A stretch of 64,000 nt of DNA, taken from positions 1-64,000 of the IMG/VR virus record IMGVR_UViG_3300001533_002283; one strand, given 5' to 3'. This document shows positions 1-9,600 of the stretch, in pieces (within the stretch, counting starts at the first letter, position 1; every line of letters starts with the position of its first letter). A model generated the notes under the pieces. It saw nothing but the letters and a program-made list of their open reading frames with translations. It was not told the DNA's origin and did no database searches. Source of the stretch: a virus. A program made the translations under genes and the position numbers.

Positions 1-182
1 GCAGATGAAAATGGACCAGTTTCGGATTTATATAGACCAGCTCTTCCCCCGCCGCCCCCTCCGCCGCCCAAATCGGATTTTTCCAAAGGGCGAAAGCCCC
101 CTGTTTCCAAATCCTTTATATACATAATCGAAGGTTCGGCGCGACCAGCATTGGGAACTGAATTGTAAATTGGGTCAGACAT
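1..182 (-). CDS. Partial hypothetical protein with poly-Gly linker (possibly virion-associated)
   Basis: ATG at 182 reads MSDPIYNSVPNAGRAEP...LGGGGGGGGEEL and is open to the window edge. Confidence 0.55.
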   Translation of the reverse strand, partial: MSDPIYNSVPNAGRAEPSIMYIKDLETGGFRPLEKSDLGGGGGGGGRAGLYKSETGPFSS

Positions 183-291
183 AAAGGTTTTTAATTAACT
201 AGCTTGACATGTAATACAGTTTTTAAGTCATTTTTTGAAAACAAAAACAAGCTTTTTATATATTAGCCTTGCCTAATCTTTTTGACTCTCC

Positions 292-801
292 CTAAATTTT
301 CTCGCCGCGACAATATCCCAACACTTTCCACTCGTTCTTCCCCGCGACGAATCTCACTAGGGAAAACAAATCTTGGAAGATTCCGATAGTACCAACTTTT
401 GCACAATTTTCCTCGGTGAGATCAAAACCTTCATTTTTCATCCATTTGACGCGGGCCTGATCCAAAAACATGAGTGTTATTTTTGGAATGTTTTGTGCCG
501 CGCTGGAATACTTCTCCTTGACGCGCCCCACATAAGTTTTAAGGCCGTTGGATGAGTTGCTGATAGTGTAAAAATAACCGGTTGCGCCAACGTCTTCGGT
601 GATGTCAATGGAAGATTTTAAACTGTGAGAGTAGAATAACACGAACTGAATAGACCGAATGATGTTGTAGAGTTCTTTGTCGGTTTTTTCCGATTTGAGT
701 GTCACGCCAAAAATTTCAGTTAGTGGGGTGGAGCCTTCGCCGCCACCTTTAAAGTAGAACGGGGGAGTATCGTCGCTATCGTGATTGTGGAAGTCGCTCA
801 T
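292..801 (-). CDS. Hypothetical protein
   Basis: 169-aa ORF with CTGTATCA motif upstream. Confidence 0.6.
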   Translation of the reverse strand: MSDFHNHDSDDTPPFYFKGGGEGSTPLTEIFGVTLKSEKTDKELYNIIRSIQFVLFYSHSLKSSIDITEDVGATGYFYTISNSSNGLKTYVGRVKEKYSSAAQNIPKITLMFLDQARVKWMKNEGFDLTEENCAKVGTIGIFQDLFSLVRFVAGKNEWKVLGYCRGEKI

Positions 802-1170
802 TCCGGTATAATGATACAGGTTTTATCATCTTTTTGGAAAGAGGCGGGGAGAAATATATTGGGAGTTTTTACCATGCCATACGCGATATGGCAAACCGAA
901 TTGGTTAAGTTTTATCCCCGTAGTAAGAAAAACAACTTTTCACCATAACACCTCGGGGAATTTTTTGGATTGAAGTGGGGAAGAGGCGGGGCGAAAGTTT
1001 TAAATTTTTCCAAATTTTCCCGCGCACAATGTTTTATACGTGAGTCATTATCTATGTTTAAGGTATCATATATGATACTTTGAGTTTCTACTGGGTAGAG
1101 ATAAAAAAAAACAAAACACCTTTTCAGGTATAACACCGGGGATATTTTAAAAGGAGGTGGAAATAAAGCC

Positions 1171-2826
1171 TTATTCTTCTATCAGTGGCTCTAACTCTAA
1201 TTTCACAAGGGATTCATTTACAACTCTTTTTAGTTCCAACGGGTCTTCCCTCCTTAAAATTCGCGCCGACACCCCATTTTCCATCCTATCACTTTTTACA
1301 CCGTTACAATTATTAAACTCTGGTTTTAAGTTTTTATAATTCCAGCATCTATTTATGTGTTCTTGATTAGAGTGGTCAAACGCGGCGCAGGGGATTATAT
1401 GATCTATACACCATAAGGTGTTATAATTCGACCAAGACATGTCCCTTTGGAATTGAGATTCTAGGTGTTGTTTTAGGAAGGAAGGGGTGCAACCTAGCGT
1501 TTGTGAAAAAGGGTTGCTTTTCTTGTGGGATTTTAAATCCATAAATTCCATCATGCGCCTTCTTAACTTATTCCTTATTTTTACTTCTGGTTTAGCTAGA
1601 TGTTTTCTTCTAGACTCTCTTACCTTTTCTTTGTTTTGACTCGCCCATTTTAAAGTCTTTTTAAGAGCATTTTCTTTGTTTACATATTTTTGATAGGCGC
1701 ATGATTTACAGATATATTTCTTTTTATTTCTAGCTCTTTCTTGATAACTAAACAAATCAAGCGATTTTTCTTTTTCGCAACAAATACAGGTTCGCGCCCA
1801 ATTCGTTAATTCATATTTTTCTAATTCACTATTATCTTTCTTTTTTACGACTCTTTTAGTTTTTCTTCTTTCTGCCATTTCCGCTTCCCAAAGTCGCTTT
1901 TTCTCGTATTTGGCTTCCTGTTGTTTTAACCTGATTCTGTTTTTCTCTTCTTTCTTGAGCCTCAGTTGCACCTCTTTCTGTTTTTGAGCGGCCACCTTTT
2001 TCAAAGCTTTAAGTTCTTTTTGTTTGTTTTTATTTTCCTTTTCCAAAATCCTTGATTCGGTAGTTTTTGCGTTAATGATAGAATTGTTTATGTTTTCATT
2101 TTTTGAAACGCGGATGCTTTGTAAAATCTCTTTCGTTGCTTGTCCAGAGTTGACTTTTAAAAGGTTTTCGTAGAACTTTTCGCCGGTAATCCTAAACATT
2201 TCTTTCGTAATATCATAACTTTCTTTTTTCTTTATTCTGATGCCTTTTGTTTTAACTTTACCGACCATAGTAACCTCTATATTAAGAGATTTAAAGATGT
2301 TTCTATATGATATTATGTCTTTTTCAAAAAACACGCTTTTAAAAAACACGGCAGCAGATTTATCGACCGGATTGCTTTCTATTATATGGTAGGCAAATTT
2401 ATCTTTAAAATAATTGATTAAATAAAACGGGGGCTCTTGGCCAGTTATTTCGGCGGGTGAACCGCTCTTAATCTTTAACTCCTCTTTGTTAATTCTCCTT
2501 TCGCAAAAGTCAATATAGATTGGAATTAAATTCTTTTTTGCGTAGCAGTAGTTATTTACTATGTTAAACAAACTAAGAGACTTTTCTTTTCTTAGATAAA
2601 CAAAATAAGACTTTGATAAAAACCCTATGGAACCATTGCTATATTTTTTAATTAAAAGAGCGTCAGATTGATTTTTCACAGTAAAATGTGTTTGTATTCT
2701 CTTCCCATTCGCTTTAACCCCACAATGGTTATCAAATAAATAACCTAATCTATATAGCTCTTCCTCTTGTAGTTGATAATCGGTTTTTGGCGAATTGCAG
2801 TCCGGGATATTTTTAAAAAAGGTCAT
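1171..2826 (-). CDS. HNH-type homing endonuclease with degenerate LAGLIDADG-like N-terminus
   Basis: C-terminal CxxC..CxxC, DHIIPC, CWNYKNL..CN..KSD; N-terminal YRLGYLFD; Lys-rich coiled coil between. Confidence 0.7.
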   Translation of the reverse strand: MTFFKNIPDCNSPKTDYQLQEEELYRLGYLFDNHCGVKANGKRIQTHFTVKNQSDALLIKKYSNGSIGFLSKSYFVYLRKEKSLSLFNIVNNYCYAKKNLIPIYIDFCERRINKEELKIKSGSPAEITGQEPPFYLINYFKDKFAYHIIESNPVDKSAAVFFKSVFFEKDIISYRNIFKSLNIEVTMVGKVKTKGIRIKKKESYDITKEMFRITGEKFYENLLKVNSGQATKEILQSIRVSKNENINNSIINAKTTESRILEKENKNKQKELKALKKVAAQKQKEVQLRLKKEEKNRIRLKQQEAKYEKKRLWEAEMAERRKTKRVVKKKDNSELEKYELTNWARTCICCEKEKSLDLFSYQERARNKKKYICKSCAYQKYVNKENALKKTLKWASQNKEKVRESRRKHLAKPEVKIRNKLRRRMMEFMDLKSHKKSNPFSQTLGCTPSFLKQHLESQFQRDMSWSNYNTLWCIDHIIPCAAFDHSNQEHINRCWNYKNLKPEFNNCNGVKSDRMENGVSARILRREDPLELKRVVNESLVKLELEPLIEE

Positions 2827-3017
2827 AATGTAGGTAGGTTGATCTACCTAATATACAGGAAAAGGCCCCCTAGTTGAATAAATACTTTTTGATGCAGGGG
2901 AAATAAGTTTGCACGCCCACCCGCCAGCCGCGCGCCTACGTAGTTCTACGTATCTTTAAAAAGCCACCCACCCTTGGCACGTATCCTGCGCACGCTCCAT
3001 TTTAATACAAGCGCACG

Positions 3018-3050
3018 AAAAAACCCGCCCGTGTTTTATACAAGGGCGGA
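3018..3050 (-). terminator. Intrinsic terminator
   Basis: CCGCCC...GGGCGG hairpin followed by a T-run on the minus strand. Confidence 0.6.
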
Positions 3051-3217
3051 CTCGATTTGATACAAGGTTTATATACTAGGCTATAGAATCGTAACCAATA
3101 TAAAAGCCGTGATTGCTACAAGGACTATATCCATGAGGGAAAGAAGATTAAAGGTTAATGAAGAGAGAAAAGGACGTTTGATACAATCTCGCGCCCCTTC
3201 ACTTTATCAAATCGCCT

Positions 3218-3667
3218 TTACTCCTTCTCCGCCACAAGTTGACCCTTGGTCGGTTTGATATCCGCACAGAGATTGTAAATGGTGGTGTAACTCGTGCCGA
3301 ATTCGTCAGCAAGGGCGGTGATCTGCTCGCCCTTGGCGCGGCGCGTGCGGATGGTCTCTTTTTCGTCGTCGCTGAGGCTCACGCGTTCCTTGCGGGGAAG
3401 GCCGGTGGACGAAACACGGACCTTGGAAAGGTCATTATCCTTGATAATGGCAAGGAAGCCATCACTAAGGGTCTTATACATGGCGTTGCGGTTGGCGGTC
3501 TCCGTGTCTCCGTGCTCGCGAGCCTCGGCGGTAATTCGCTTGGCATACTCAAGCGGGCTTTCCTTGGTAGGCTCAAACGCAGGCACGACGTAGGCGGGCG
3601 CATCGGCGAGGGTTTCAACAGACTTTGCGAGGGAGCGGAGGGCGGAGGCAATGGTTTTCTTGTTCAT
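3218..3667 (-). CDS. Helix-turn-helix DNA-binding protein (GC-rich gene)
   Basis: C-terminal HTH (EKETIRTRRAKGEQITALADEFGTSYTTIYN); start at 3667 follows an AAACACCAT leader (track start 3682). Confidence 0.75.
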   Translation of the reverse strand: MNKKTIASALRSLAKSVETLADAPAYVVPAFEPTKESPLEYAKRITAEAREHGDTETANRNAMYKTLSDGFLAIIKDNDLSKVRVSSTGLPRKERVSLSDDEKETIRTRRAKGEQITALADEFGTSYTTIYNLCADIKPTKGQLVAEKE

Positions 3668-4210
3668 ATGGTGTTTTCCCATTTAACGCGGCAGGGGAGC
3701 GGAGAGACTCGGCTTTAATGCCTTGCGGCTTGTCTCTCTTTAACCGTTTGCCGGACGAATCCGGCGAGTGAGTTGGATTGTGTCGTCGGGCGTCGTGCCT
3801 TTCAACAGTTACGAATCAATCACTTCGCCTTTTTCTCGTCAAATAAAACTTTGTTTTTTCTTTAGAGTTTTTTCTAAGCATTGAAACGCAACGACTTATG
3901 AAAGCACCAAAAAGAGACGTTTGCGCGGTCAGTGTGCTCGAAAACGTGTCAAACACATAATGTGTAAAAGGAATGTAAAAAAGCCTGGGTGCCTGGGGCG
4001 AGTTTTTCCGCATCCCTTAGTGTGACGCGCGGGGGTGCGTGCGTGCGCGCGGATATGAAAGCGGAGCACAAAGGCAAATTTATTCATCTAGGTAATTCTA
4101 CGTAGAGAAAAAGTGAAAATTGGAGATTGACGGGAAACGGCAAACCATGCCAGAATTTACCCACGTTGAAAAACAGTGACCCTATGGGGCGGGGAAATAG
4201 AGGGGTATGT

Positions 4211-4354
4211 GTAAAAAAAGTGTAAAAAGAAATTTTGTGCTTGCTCTCTCACTCCGCTCTGCTAGGCGCGTAAAAAAAGTGTAAAAAGGTTTTTGGGAGT
4301 TGACTTTGTGAATCATCCTGCCATGCTTCCTCTCACTTGTAAAAAAAGTGTAAA
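4211..4354. repeat. Three exact 16-bp direct repeats GTAAAAAAAGTGTAAA
   Basis: Copies at 4211-4226, 4270-4285 and 4339-4354; degenerate copy near 3964. Confidence 0.85.
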
Positions 4355-4638
4355 GGGTAGCTGGCTGGCGCGTGCTCTTTTCCGATGAATAAAATTCATA
4401 ACACCTTTTTCTTTCCCTCTCTTTTATTTGCAAATATTTGGCTAAAATTTAGTATTATTTGGGTTTTATTTAGTATTATTTAACATTTATTTTGAAAAGT
4501 TTAGTTATTATTTGGGTGTTATTTAGTAAAAATTATTTGGACCCTCCCCTTTATTTCTCACTTATTTGGAAAAATTTGCACAAAAAAGCGACCCCGTTTA
4601 AAGGATCGCTTGGTTTATTGAATTTTATTTATCTTATT

Positions 4639-4824
4639 TTATAGAGCACCCAAAGCCCGCCCCACCATATAAACCGTATGGTGATTTTTAAAATCTTCGA
4701 CGGAAAAACTCTCTTTAAAAGTGATTGAGCCTCTCGTTTGAGTTTCAATCTCACCAAGGGAAACTCCCGAAGTTTTGAGAAAAAGAGTTTTGGAAAGGTG
4801 ACAGTTGAAGAATAGGGTTTTCAT
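4639..4824 (-). CDS. Hypothetical protein
   Basis: Own promoter, ATAACAC leader, terminator downstream. Confidence 0.65.
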   Translation of the reverse strand: MKTLFFNCHLSKTLFLKTSGVSLGEIETQTRGSITFKESFSVEDFKNHHTVYMVGRALGAL

Positions 4825-4878
4825 AGGTGTTATTTACAATAGTTAAAGCAACAGAATGGGGCGAAAAATCAAGAGGTT

Positions 4879-5121
4879 TTATACAAAATCGCCTTTAAGT
4901 AAAACTTTTGGTATCTCCACTTTATACTTTTTCAAAGTTTTACAACTCACGGTTGAGCCCTCGCAATGTTTAATATTTCCATTTTCATCTCTCAAATCCT
5001 TTAAAAGATTAAATAACATATAATCCTCACAATATCCCGCGCAATTTTGCCAACCAACAAACACGGCGGTTTTATCAGAAGGGGGCACGCGCGGGGCGGG
5101 TTTTTTATTTAAGGCTTTCAT
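4879..5121 (-). CDS. Hypothetical protein
   Basis: Tiles the minus-strand array. Confidence 0.6.
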   Translation of the reverse strand: MKALNKKPAPRVPPSDKTAVFVGWQNCAGYCEDYMLFNLLKDLRDENGNIKHCEGSTVSCKTLKKYKVEIPKVLLKGDFV

Positions 5122-5130
5122 CGGTGAAGA

Positions 5131-5445
5131 TTAAACTTTCACCAAGTCAATTTGCCGTTGCATGCAGCGAAATTGGTTTTTCTTTCCGTGGCTTACGATA
5201 TATTTCCAATAACCGTTTTCTTCATAAGCCTCTTCGATTTTTACCCTCACACCTTTAACAAGTGAGGCTTTTTCATTCGTTTCGCAAACGTCTCCAATGT
5301 TAAACAATTGTTTTTCTTTTCCGCTTGGAGTATTGCAAATCATTGCGTCATAATATGAGCGGTTCTTTTCCATTTCTTTAAATTGCTTTTCAGCAATAAC
5401 GTCAAAAACGGCGCGCATGGCAGGTTTGATAGATTGAGTTTTCAC
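5131..5445 (-). CDS. Hypothetical protein
   Basis: Promoter at 5453-5481 directly upstream. Confidence 0.65.
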   Translation of the reverse strand: MKTQSIKPAMRAVFDVIAEKQFKEMEKNRSYYDAMICNTPSGKEKQLFNIGDVCETNEKASLVKGVRVKIEEAYEENGYWKYIVSHGKKNQFRCMQRQIDLVKV

Positions 5446-5452
5446 AATAGTT

Positions 5453-5481
5453 AAGGTAACACTTTGCCGCGCAAAATCAAG
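5453..5481 (-). promoter_or_regulatory. Repeated sigma70-like early promoter (example of ~30 copies)
   Basis: CTTGAT...TGTTACCTT; same pattern at 7039-7067, 12462-12490, 13139-13167, 14577-14605, 17055-17083, 18159-18187, 20458-20486, 20963-20991, 26347-26375, 27555-27583, 36897-36925 and others. Confidence 0.8.
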
Positions 5482-5489
5482 ATTTTTTA

Positions 5490-5987
5490 TTAGATATTTT
5501 GTAACACTCTAACATAATCCCGCCCGCGTTGTCCAGTTTGGTGAAACCATTTACTGTTTTTTAACTCGGCAGATGCCACCTTATAATTTCTACCTTCTAT
5601 TGCGGCGCGAAATTTTTTAAACTTACTTGCCCCGCCCTCTCCCACGTTAAAGCAAAAACTCACAAGTATTATTTGGACCTCCTTTGGTTGAGAATTAAAC
5701 GAGGGGAAAACTCTCTTCGCAGCACCCTCTGCCTTTTGCAAATCACTGGCGAAAAACTTATCAATCGTTGCCTTATCAATTTTTTGCCCTACCCTATATT
5801 TCCCCCCAAGACCTTTCGCTTCTATATTACTACCAATTCCCAAAGTTTTATAACCAGCAGGGCAAATGTAAACGGTGTTACGCACCCCCTCATATTTAAC
5901 TAAATGAAGGCGCATTTCAGAGAACGAAGGCGCGGCGAAGGAAAGAGAGGAGAGCGCGAGAAAGAGAAAAGCCGATTTAATTTTCAT
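5490..5987 (-). CDS. T4-type lysozyme (GH24) with N-terminal signal peptide
   Basis: E-x8-C-x5-T triad (YEGVRNTVYICPAGYKTLGIG), FNVG, ELKNSKWFHQTGQR; MKIKSAFLFLALSSLSFA leader (track start 6008). Confidence 0.85.
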   Translation of the reverse strand: MKIKSAFLFLALSSLSFAAPSFSEMRLHLVKYEGVRNTVYICPAGYKTLGIGSNIEAKGLGGKYRVGQKIDKATIDKFFASDLQKAEGAAKRVFPSFNSQPKEVQIILVSFCFNVGEGGASKFKKFRAAIEGRNYKVASAELKNSKWFHQTGQRGRDYVRVLQNI

Positions 5988-6065
5988 AAAAGGTAAAATA
6001 AAACCCACCTATCAACATATAATGATACATTGATAAGTGGGTGTTACTCAAAAGAAATAAAAAAA

Positions 6066-6455
6066 CTATAAATGATCGTGAAAGTGAATATCTAAAACCT
6101 GCGCGGCTTCTCTTAAAACTCTGGTGATTCTTAAATCGGCGGAAGAAGGTTCGGTTTGGCCCGAAGGATGATTGTGTGAAATTATGAAAGAAACTCCGCC
6201 ACAAAGTAAAACTTGACGAAGAACATCTTTTGGGGAAACTAAAACTTGGCTTTCAATTCCAACGGTAAGAATCTTGGTTGTTAAAACATAACCCTTGTTA
6301 TTTAAAACAGTAAGGAAACAATATTCGCGAGTGGGGTCGGTTACGTTTAAAGAAAAGAATTCGCGCAAGTGGGGGAGAATGTCGGTCGGACTTTCAATTA
6401 AAAGAGCGGGGATTTCCTTGCGGGAATAAGTGATGACTGGTTCGTGAATAATCAT
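6066..6455 (-). CDS. radC: RadC-like JAB/MPN domain protein
   Basis: RE...HNHPSG..PS.AD...DH motif. Confidence 0.85.
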   Translation of the reverse strand: MIIHEPVITYSRKEIPALLIESPTDILPHLREFFSLNVTDPTREYCFLTVLNNKGYVLTTKILTVGIESQVLVSPKDVLRQVLLCGGVSFIISHNHPSGQTEPSSADLRITRVLREAAQVLDIHFHDHL

Positions 6456-6597
6456 TTTTGTGGTTGGTTCGACTAAGAGAATGACAGGGTGAGGGGAAAA
6501 AGCAAGGGGTTTTATAGGGATTTTTTAAAAAATATAAAATAAAAGGAAAAACCCCTGAGTGATTAAACCCAAGGGTTTTGTTTTCAACTTTTAAATT

Positions 6598-6990
6598 TTA
6601 ACGCTCGGCAAATCTTTCAATATATTTCACCAACTTTTCCGGCGAAACTTCGCGGCGAAACTTAATCACTTTTGTCACCTTGGGCGAACCTTTACGCCGG
6701 ATATTTAACTGACGAGTTTCCAAATTAAAACAGGCAATGTCTTTAATTGCAACATACTTGCAAGGGAATTTATCAGAGTGGAAGGTGATATAAGAAGAGC
6801 TGACACCCACTTTCAAATCGGGGCGAATTGTTTTTGTGGAAATGAAAAAATTGTTTAAGACACTTTTCCGCGCGGAAACTACCCGGTGAAACATTTCCGC
6901 TTCTTTCTTCGCATATTCTTTTTTCATCTTTTCATATGCGAACATTGCAACGCGGTTTTGCGCGGGTAGGGAATAGATGGAGGCGTTCAT
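6598..6990 (-). CDS. Hypothetical protein
   Basis: Promoter 7039-7067, CAACCACA leader, terminator at ~6548-6580. Confidence 0.7.
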   Translation of the reverse strand: MNASIYSLPAQNRVAMFAYEKMKKEYAKKEAEMFHRVVSARKSVLNNFFISTKTIRPDLKVGVSSSYITFHSDKFPCKYVAIKDIACFNLETRQLNIRRKGSPKVTKVIKFRREVSPEKLVKYIERFAER

Positions 6991-7129
6991 GTGATGTGAG
7001 TTTTCTTTTTTTTGTGGTTGGTTGAACTAACTTTTAATAAGATACCACTTTGCGGGGCGAAAGCAAGGGGTTTTATTCATATTTTGAATATTTAATAGCC
7101 AATTTTTTACTATAATTTAATAATATGCC

Positions 7130-7618
7130 ATGTTATCAAAAAGTGAAGATGAGATCAATGATATGCTCGCGGCCTATATTCAAAATTGCAAAAGAAGGCC
7201 CGCCGTCAGGGAATTTAAATTTTTGTCAGGACAAAGGGCTGATTTAATCTCTTACGATAGAGACGGAAATCTTATTTTAATCGAATCTAAAAAACTCGGC
7301 GACCCAAAACACCTGAAGCAATCAATAGAATCAGCTTTTGGACAAATCGTGCGTTATTGCTCGCAGAATACTTTATTAAGCCTTAATAATTCAACAATTA
7401 ATATTATTTCTGTTGACCCACCACCTTATCACCAAGTTATGAGTTATGTTAACTTTTTACGCGACAGTTTCGGGGTTCAAGTTGTTTTTTTATGCCATCA
7501 AGATATAGAAAAAATAGAAGATAGGCTTTTCCAAGGCTATAAAATCAACAAAAAGTTTATCTCCTTTCTTTCCAAAGGAAATGTCAACGCGCGGAAAATT
7601 GTATTCCAGTCAGAGTAA
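7130..7618 (+). CDS. PD-(D/E)xK restriction-endonuclease-like nuclease
   Basis: RE...RADL...LIESK...GQIVRY motif (RecB/NucS-like QxxxY). Confidence 0.7.
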   Translation: MLSKSEDEINDMLAAYIQNCKRRPAVREFKFLSGQRADLISYDRDGNLILIESKKLGDPKHLKQSIESAFGQIVRYCSQNTLLSLNNSTINIISVDPPPYHQVMSYVNFLRDSFGVQVVFLCHQDIEKIEDRLFQGYKINKKFISFLSKGNVNARKIVFQSE

Positions 7619-7720
7619 GTGTTTTTTTCTTTTGTTTTATAGGGACCACCTTCCATCCTATACCTCAATACTGTCCCCTTTCTTGACAGTTTGGCGGCCA
7701 GATTGAATAATAAGGGTAAT

Positions 7721-9130
7721 ATGGCGAGAAAAGGCATCAACTTATGGCGACAGGTTAAAACTAGAAATTTATTTGTTCTCAAGTTGGAGTGTATGGGGAT
7801 TCCAGAGAATCGTATAAAAAACACAATAGCTATTCTTCACCAGATAGTATCCCTTAAAGAGTATAATAAAAAAGGTGACAAGGTTTTTCTGAATAATGAT
7901 GGGAATGAGGTTTTTAGATTTTCTAGTAGAATTTTTAAAAAATATTTAAAAGATGATTATCCATTTATAGTTAAAACCCTGATCGACAATGGATACTTAT
8001 ATAATCACGAGTATTTTTCAATCGACGCCAAGATTCCCAAGGGTTACGGCCCAACGCATAAACTCCTATACGAAATTGAAAATTTCCAAGAGGAATATCT
8101 TAACGACTTAATCAAATCAAAATATGGAATCGCCCTCTATAAAGCCAATAAAGAGAAAAATTCGCAAATTCTTAAAACCCATGATTTTGATGACCCATTG
8201 GTTAAAAACGAATACATGGGCGAAACCGAAATAGATTTTTACACCAATTGGCCGAAAATTGAAAGGATGTTAAATCTCTTACATAAGAACAAAGCTGTTT
8301 CTAATCGAGGACATATCATAAATCTTATAGAGGGCGAGATTGATAAGAAGCGGAAAAGGAATGAGAAAACAGGCAGAATCTACACAACGTTTAATTGTAT
8401 CTCAAATATAATCCGGCGGCAGGTTAAAATCGCGGGAAAAAGTTTTGCCTTAGATATTGATATGCGGGCGTGCCATCTTTCGTTTCTAGCCGATTACCTA
8501 TATCATAAAAAGCCTAGTGAAAAACTGAGAGGGGAAAGGGATTTATGGAGAAGTATTTTTGAGAAAGACCAAGACCCGCGCGAATGGTTGGGTGTTCAGG
8601 CTGGGATAAAAGGAAGTGATTCCATATCACAAAAAAGAAAAAAACGGTTTATGAATAGCTGGATCAATGGCGGGAAATATCCGGTTTTTGATAATTACAT
8701 GAGAAAACACTGGTCGGTTCTTTATAAGGCGTGGAAAGGGTTAAATTGCAAGGTGGTAGGCAATGATATATCCCTTCACTTTGAATCGGTAATTTTCCGC
8801 TCTGATTGGCTTATAGAGCTACAAAACAAACACGATGTCGTCGCCCTCTCTACTCATGACGGCTTTTGCGTTTTTGGCGATAAAACGGCGGCAAACATAT
8901 TCTTTGAAGAGTTTCAAACGAAGGCGCGCGAGATTGCGGGGTGGGGAGTATATTTTACCAAAGACGAAGGAATCGAATTGAATATCAAAAAAGAATTGCA
9001 ATCTTTTGACATTAAGGCTTTAGACTTTTGTGATAAAAATTTACCAGAAAGGGCAGATGAGATTAAGTCTCAAAAGGAAGAATACCTCAATCGACTTGAC
9101 AAAAATGGGGTAAAACCTGATTATTCTTAA
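7721..9130 (+). CDS. Family-A polymerase palm-domain protein (TV-Pol/primase-like)
   Basis: GRIYT, motif A-like DIDMRACH, motif B-like KKRFMNSWING, motif C HDG; no exonuclease domain seen; TTGACA-17-AATAAT promoter at 7683-7711 (track start 7691). Confidence 0.6.
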   Translation: MARKGINLWRQVKTRNLFVLKLECMGIPENRIKNTIAILHQIVSLKEYNKKGDKVFLNNDGNEVFRFSSRIFKKYLKDDYPFIVKTLIDNGYLYNHEYFSIDAKIPKGYGPTHKLLYEIENFQEEYLNDLIKSKYGIALYKANKEKNSQILKTHDFDDPLVKNEYMGETEIDFYTNWPKIERMLNLLHKNKAVSNRGHIINLIEGEIDKKRKRNEKTGRIYTTFNCISNIIRRQVKIAGKSFALDIDMRACHLSFLADYLYHKKPSEKLRGERDLWRSIFEKDQDPREWLGVQAGIKGSDSISQKRKKRFMNSWINGGKYPVFDNYMRKHWSVLYKAWKGLNCKVVGNDISLHFESVIFRSDWLIELQNKHDVVALSTHDGFCVFGDKTAANIFFEEFQTKAREIAGWGVYFTKDEGIELNIKKELQSFDIKALDFCDKNLPERADEIKSQKEEYLNRLDKNGVKPDYS

Positions 9131-9478
9131 ATGACAAAGAAGATCAAAGCGTATTATATTGAAGACGTGGACTTCATGGCTCGCGTTGATTTTAATGGGA
9201 AAGTCTTTTTTGAATATGAGTATGATGAGAACAATCCTTGTATAAAGGCGATGACTCATAAAAAGTTGGTAACGATTGAGGATGGTTTTGATGATGGGGA
9301 TTTAACCGTGATGGAGCATTATCGGAATATTCTTCAAGCTTCATCGGTGGCGAAAGATGAGATTAAGAGAATTTATAACAAGTTATCTCCAATTGGGAAA
9401 AGGCGCGCGGATGGTGAATTAAAAAGAATCGAAGAGATGGTCGGAGAATATCTGAAAAGTTTTAAAAAAAGTGAATAA
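9131..9478 (+). CDS. Hypothetical protein
   Basis: Abuts the stop codon of the polymerase-like gene. Confidence 0.7.
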   Translation: MTKKIKAYYIEDVDFMARVDFNGKVFFEYEYDENNPCIKAMTHKKLVTIEDGFDDGDLTVMEHYRNILQASSVAKDEIKRIYNKLSPIGKRRADGELKRIEEMVGEYLKSFKKSE

Positions 9479-9517
9479 AAAAGCTTGTTTTCCCGCCTCA
9501 CTCTGCTATCTTTTACT

Positions 9518-9600
9518 CATCGAAGGGGCTTGCCAGCATTGCTCCCCCTGAAGAGTTGCGGAGATGAAACTCCTAGAGGTAGGGATTCGACCCTACGCGG
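9518..9600 (+). ncRNA. Candidate small RNA, copy 1 of duplicated three-hairpin motif
   Basis: Promoter 9484-9512; CATCG..GAGTTG..GGAG/CTCC..AGAG-GTAGGG/CCCTAC shared with 10361-10430. Confidence 0.55.

Noticed and set aside
4211-4354. CRISPR array
   Set aside because: Repeats are only 16 bp, A-rich, unevenly spaced and have no cas genes; no CRISPR array was seen anywhere in the window.
6040-6080. Programmed frameshift extending RadC, which ends abruptly at DHL
   Set aside because: Alternative frames give no convincing RadC C-terminus; simple truncation is more likely.
9545-9590. Hammerhead ribozyme suggested by CTGAAGA...GAAAC...GTA
   Set aside because: Stems I-III pair poorly and the second copy (10361-10430) lacks both core motifs.
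9579-9596. tRNA gene suggested by GGGATTCGACCC (also at 10414-10425)
   Set aside because: No acceptor stem, D-arm or CCA; treated as part of the duplicated cassette.
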